Shown here piece by piece: positions 29,391 to 32,029 of a DNA stretch of 32,029 bases (its first letter is position 1; each line of letters opens with the position of its first letter). The DNA lies in the NCBI GenBank assembly GCA_020627645.1, contig JAHDGN010000003.1, positions 1-32,029 of the forward strand, given 5' to 3'. The position numbers were made by a program, and so were the translations under genes. The notes beneath the pieces are model-generated. The model searched no databases and was not told the origin of the DNA. It was given only the letters and a program-made list of their open reading frames with translations. The DNA comes from Akkermansiaceae bacterium (GTDB lineage: Bacteria > Verrucomicrobiota > Verrucomicrobiia > Verrucomicrobiales > Akkermansiaceae).

Positions 29391-31559
29391 GTGAGAGTGA
29401 GAGAATTTCGTCTGTTTTTTTTAGGTTTGTTGTTGAGCCTAGGGCATGTTTCGGGGGAGCCCATTGTAAGTGGAATGGATCTGAGTGCCCATGGTGGGCA
29501 TGTTTTGATTGGGGAGTTGAGTTGTGTTTCTTGCCACCAAGGAGATTTTGAATCTAAAGGTGGGCCCGTTTTGGACAAGGTTGGGGAAAGGGTTCGGCAT
29601 GATTATTTGGTGCGCTTTTTAGCCAAACCTCACTCGGTCAAGCCGGGAACGACGATGCCTGATGTTTTTCATGGTCTGAGCGAGAAAGAGCGAAAAGAAA
29701 AGGCATTGGCGTTGACTGAGTATTTGGTTTCTTTGGGAACTGGACATGTCGAGGGTGGCGAGATCCAGTTGGAGGCGGTTGAAAGGGGTAAGGTTTTGTA
29801 TGAATCGGTGGGGTGTGCGGCTTGTCATGATCCTGAGGGGAAGGAGATTGCGGGGTCGGTTCCATTGCTGGGATTGGAGAAGAAGTATGGCTTAGGAAGT
29901 TTACGGGAATTTTTGAAGGATCCGCTCAAGGTGAGGCCATCGGGACGGATGCCTGATATGAAGCTGACCCACGAGGAGGCTGAGGATTTAGCTGCTTATT
30001 TATTGCGAGGGCAGAAGGCGAAGAAGATTGAGCCGATGAAGGCGATGGGATTGTTGGAGAAAGGACGGGAGATTTATCAGGAGGTTGGTTGTGCCCAGTG
30101 CCATGGGGGAGAGGGGGAAAAAAAGGTCATGGGCCCTGATTTAAAATCATTGGTCTTAAAAGACGACTGTGGGGGAGTTCGCTACGGTCTCTCTGACAAG
30201 CAGGTGGGGCTATTGAAGGAAGTTGTCGGTGTCGAACCTGTCCAACTGAAATTGGAGGAAAAGGTTGGTGTGCACCTAGCACAAATGAACTGTGTTGCCT
30301 GTCATGAGAGGGGGGGCTTTGGTGGTGTGATGCCTGCGCGGGATGAGTATTTTAAGACAACAAATTTGAACTTAGGCGAGCAGGCTCGTATTCCGCCCAA
30401 ATTGGATTTGGTAGGAGCTAAATTGAAGAGTGGTTGGATGAGAAAGGTGTTGGTGGGTGGTGAAGAGGTGAGGCCTTATATGACAACTCGGATGCCGAGG
30501 CATGGGGTAGACAATGTTGAAAAATTGTTAGAGTGGCTTCCGAAGGTTGATCGGCTTGAGGAAGTGAAGATTGATAAGATTGCGAAGTTGAGGGATGCCC
30601 ATGATGCTGGTTACCAGCTTTTAGGTTCGAAAGGCTTATCCTGTATTTCTTGTCATACTTATTTGGGTGAGAGTGGCACGACTTTGGCTGGGTTGGAGAT
30701 GACGAGTATGGCTTCGAGGTTACAGGAGAATTGGTTCCATCAATTCATGAGGGACCCTTCTAAATTTCAGCAAGGAACGATCATGCCGAGTTTCTGGCCG
30801 GGGGGGAAAGCGGTGAGGAAGGATGTCTTGGAAGGGAATTCAAGTCGTCAAATTGATGCCATTTGGCAGTATTTGGAAAGAGGAAGAGAGGGGAGAACTC
30901 CTCAGGGGGTGAAGCGTGAGCCGATTTATTTTGGGCCAACAGGTGAGGATCCTGTGGTCTTCCGAAGGCAGTATCATGGGATTGGAAAACGGGGAATTGG
31001 GGTAGGCTATCCGGGAGGGATGAATTTGTCCTTTTGTGCTCAGCAGTTGCGGGTGGGGACGATTTGGAAGGGCAAGTTTGGCGAAATGTCGGGTGTTTGG
31101 AGAGGTCAGGGTTCAGGAAATGTGAATGAACAAAGTCGTCAAAAGGTGAGGTTTCCCGAAGGTCCGGCTTTTGTGAGGTTGGAGGATGGTTTGAAAACGG
31201 CTTGGCCAATCTTGGAGAAGGGGAAGCGAGTTGAGGGATTTCGATTTTTGGGATATGATTTGGATCAGAAGAGGCGACCGGTATTTCGGTACGTGATTGG
31301 GGAAGTGACGGTGGAAGATTCTTTTGTCGATGAGGTTGGTCATCTTACCAGGGCGTTGAAATTTGACGGGGAAACGAAGGGGTGGTTTTTCCGCATCGCT
31401 GCCGATCAGAAATTGGAAAAAATCGAAGGAGGGGTGAGGTTGCCCGGCGGCTTGGAGGTTCTGGCTGTAGGAATTGTTGTTCGCGATCGTGGAGGTGTCC
31501 GTGAAGGCGTTATCGATTTAGTGGGTCAAAAAAGTGTGAAAGTCATTTATAAGTTTTAG
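29391..31559 (+). CDS. Multiheme c-type cytochrome (5 CxxCH motifs), PVC type
   Basis: CVSCH, CAACH, CAQCH, CVACH and CISCH, with repeated P..MP motifs. Probable GTG start at 29391 or 29397 before the signal peptide; the ORF is open from 29304. Confidence 0.88.
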   Translation: MRVREFRLFFLGLLLSLGHVSGEPIVSGMDLSAHGGHVLIGELSCVSCHQGDFESKGGPVLDKVGERVRHDYLVRFLAKPHSVKPGTTMPDVFHGLSEKERKEKALALTEYLVSLGTGHVEGGEIQLEAVERGKVLYESVGCAACHDPEGKEIAGSVPLLGLEKKYGLGSLREFLKDPLKVRPSGRMPDMKLTHEEAEDLAAYLLRGQKAKKIEPMKAMGLLEKGREIYQEVGCAQCHGGEGEKKVMGPDLKSLVLKDDCGGVRYGLSDKQVGLLKEVVGVEPVQLKLEEKVGVHLAQMNCVACHERGGFGGVMPARDEYFKTTNLNLGEQARIPPKLDLVGAKLKSGWMRKVLVGGEEVRPYMTTRMPRHGVDNVEKLLEWLPKVDRLEEVKIDKIAKLRDAHDAGYQLLGSKGLSCISCHTYLGESGTTLAGLEMTSMASRLQENWFHQFMRDPSKFQQGTIMPSFWPGGKAVRKDVLEGNSSRQIDAIWQYLERGREGRTPQGVKREPIYFGPTGEDPVVFRRQYHGIGKRGIGVGYPGGMNLSFCAQQLRVGTIWKGKFGEMSGVWRGQGSGNVNEQSRQKVRFPEGPAFVRLEDGLKTAWPILEKGKRVEGFRFLGYDLDQKRRPVFRYVIGEVTVEDSFVDEVGHLTRALKFDGETKGWFFRIAADQKLEKIEGGVRLPGGLEVLAVGIVVRDRGGVREGVIDLVGQKSVKVIYKF

Positions 31560-31563
31560 GATC

Positions 31564-32029
31564 ATGAAGAGAATTATGGTGATTGGGAGTTTCTTTGGAG
31601 GTCTTGTATTTGGTGCAGAACCTTTGGGGGACGAATGGGGGACGGCAGAGAGGGAAAGGGAGTATTATCGTATTGTCGAGATCGCCCCCCCTGCTGGTAA
31701 GATGATTGAAGCTGGTTCGTTTGAGACGATGCCAGATGGTCGGATTGCGGTGGGAACGCGGCGAGGTGATGTTTTTTTAGTCGATGGTTTGTCGGACCAG
31801 AATCCAAGGCCTAAATTCGTGAAGTATGCCTCAGGTATGGACGAGTTGTTGGGCTTGTCTTTGAAGGATGGGGTGCTTTATGCGACGCATGCGGCGGAGG
31901 TGACGAAGTTGGTTGATCGTGATGCTGATGGTGTGATTGACCGATACGAGACGTTTAATGATTCTTGGGGTTTTTGGCACTACCATGAGTTTGCGATGGT
32001 ATCGAAGTTTGATCAGGAGGGAAATCTTT
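31564..32029 (+). CDS. Secreted beta-propeller (membrane-bound dehydrogenase-like) protein, truncated at window end
   Basis: Manually translated: MKRIMVIGSFFGGLVFGAEPLGDEWGTAEREREYYRIVEI...PDGRIAVGTRRGDV...LVDRDADGVIDRYET...YHEFA. It starts 4 nt after the cytochrome stop and has no stop codon in the window. Confidence 0.82.
   Translation, partial: MKRIMVIGSFFGGLVFGAEPLGDEWGTAEREREYYRIVEIAPPAGKMIEAGSFETMPDGRIAVGTRRGDVFLVDGLSDQNPRPKFVKYASGMDELLGLSLKDGVLYATHAAEVTKLVDRDADGVIDRYETFNDSWGFWHYHEFAMVSKFDQEGNL

Overview
Chromosomal window from a PVC-superphylum bacterium, most likely a verrucomicrobium. This is inferred from the PEP-CTERM proteins, the DUF1592/DUF1552 pair, a DUF6288-type protein, a YdjY-like protein and a short RpoD-family sigma factor. 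It mixes housekeeping genes (hisG, leuB, rlmN, tdh-kbl, dacB, a sigma-70 factor, an OmpA lipoprotein and a 31-aa bS22-like ribosomal protein absent from the ORF track) with secreted or surface genes of unknown function. The best candidate for an undescribed system is the minus-strand unit at 293-6494: two paralogous modular SGNH/SASA O-acetylesterases, built from three copies of an unnamed ~200-aa domain plus Ig-like domains, flanking a YdjY-like gene. The larger esterase is split by a single-base frameshift. Other notable signals are an 11-bp perfect inverted repeat over the promoter of the 1228-aa DUF6288-type gene, a shared promoter motif in front of two tandem PEP-CTERM genes, a recurring promoter layout lacking the -7 T with very short leaders, and a DUF1592/DUF1552/five-heme cytochrome/beta-propeller cluster at the right end. 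No rRNA, tRNA, CRISPR array or mobile element was recognised. All family assignments come from motif recognition by eye, not from database searches.
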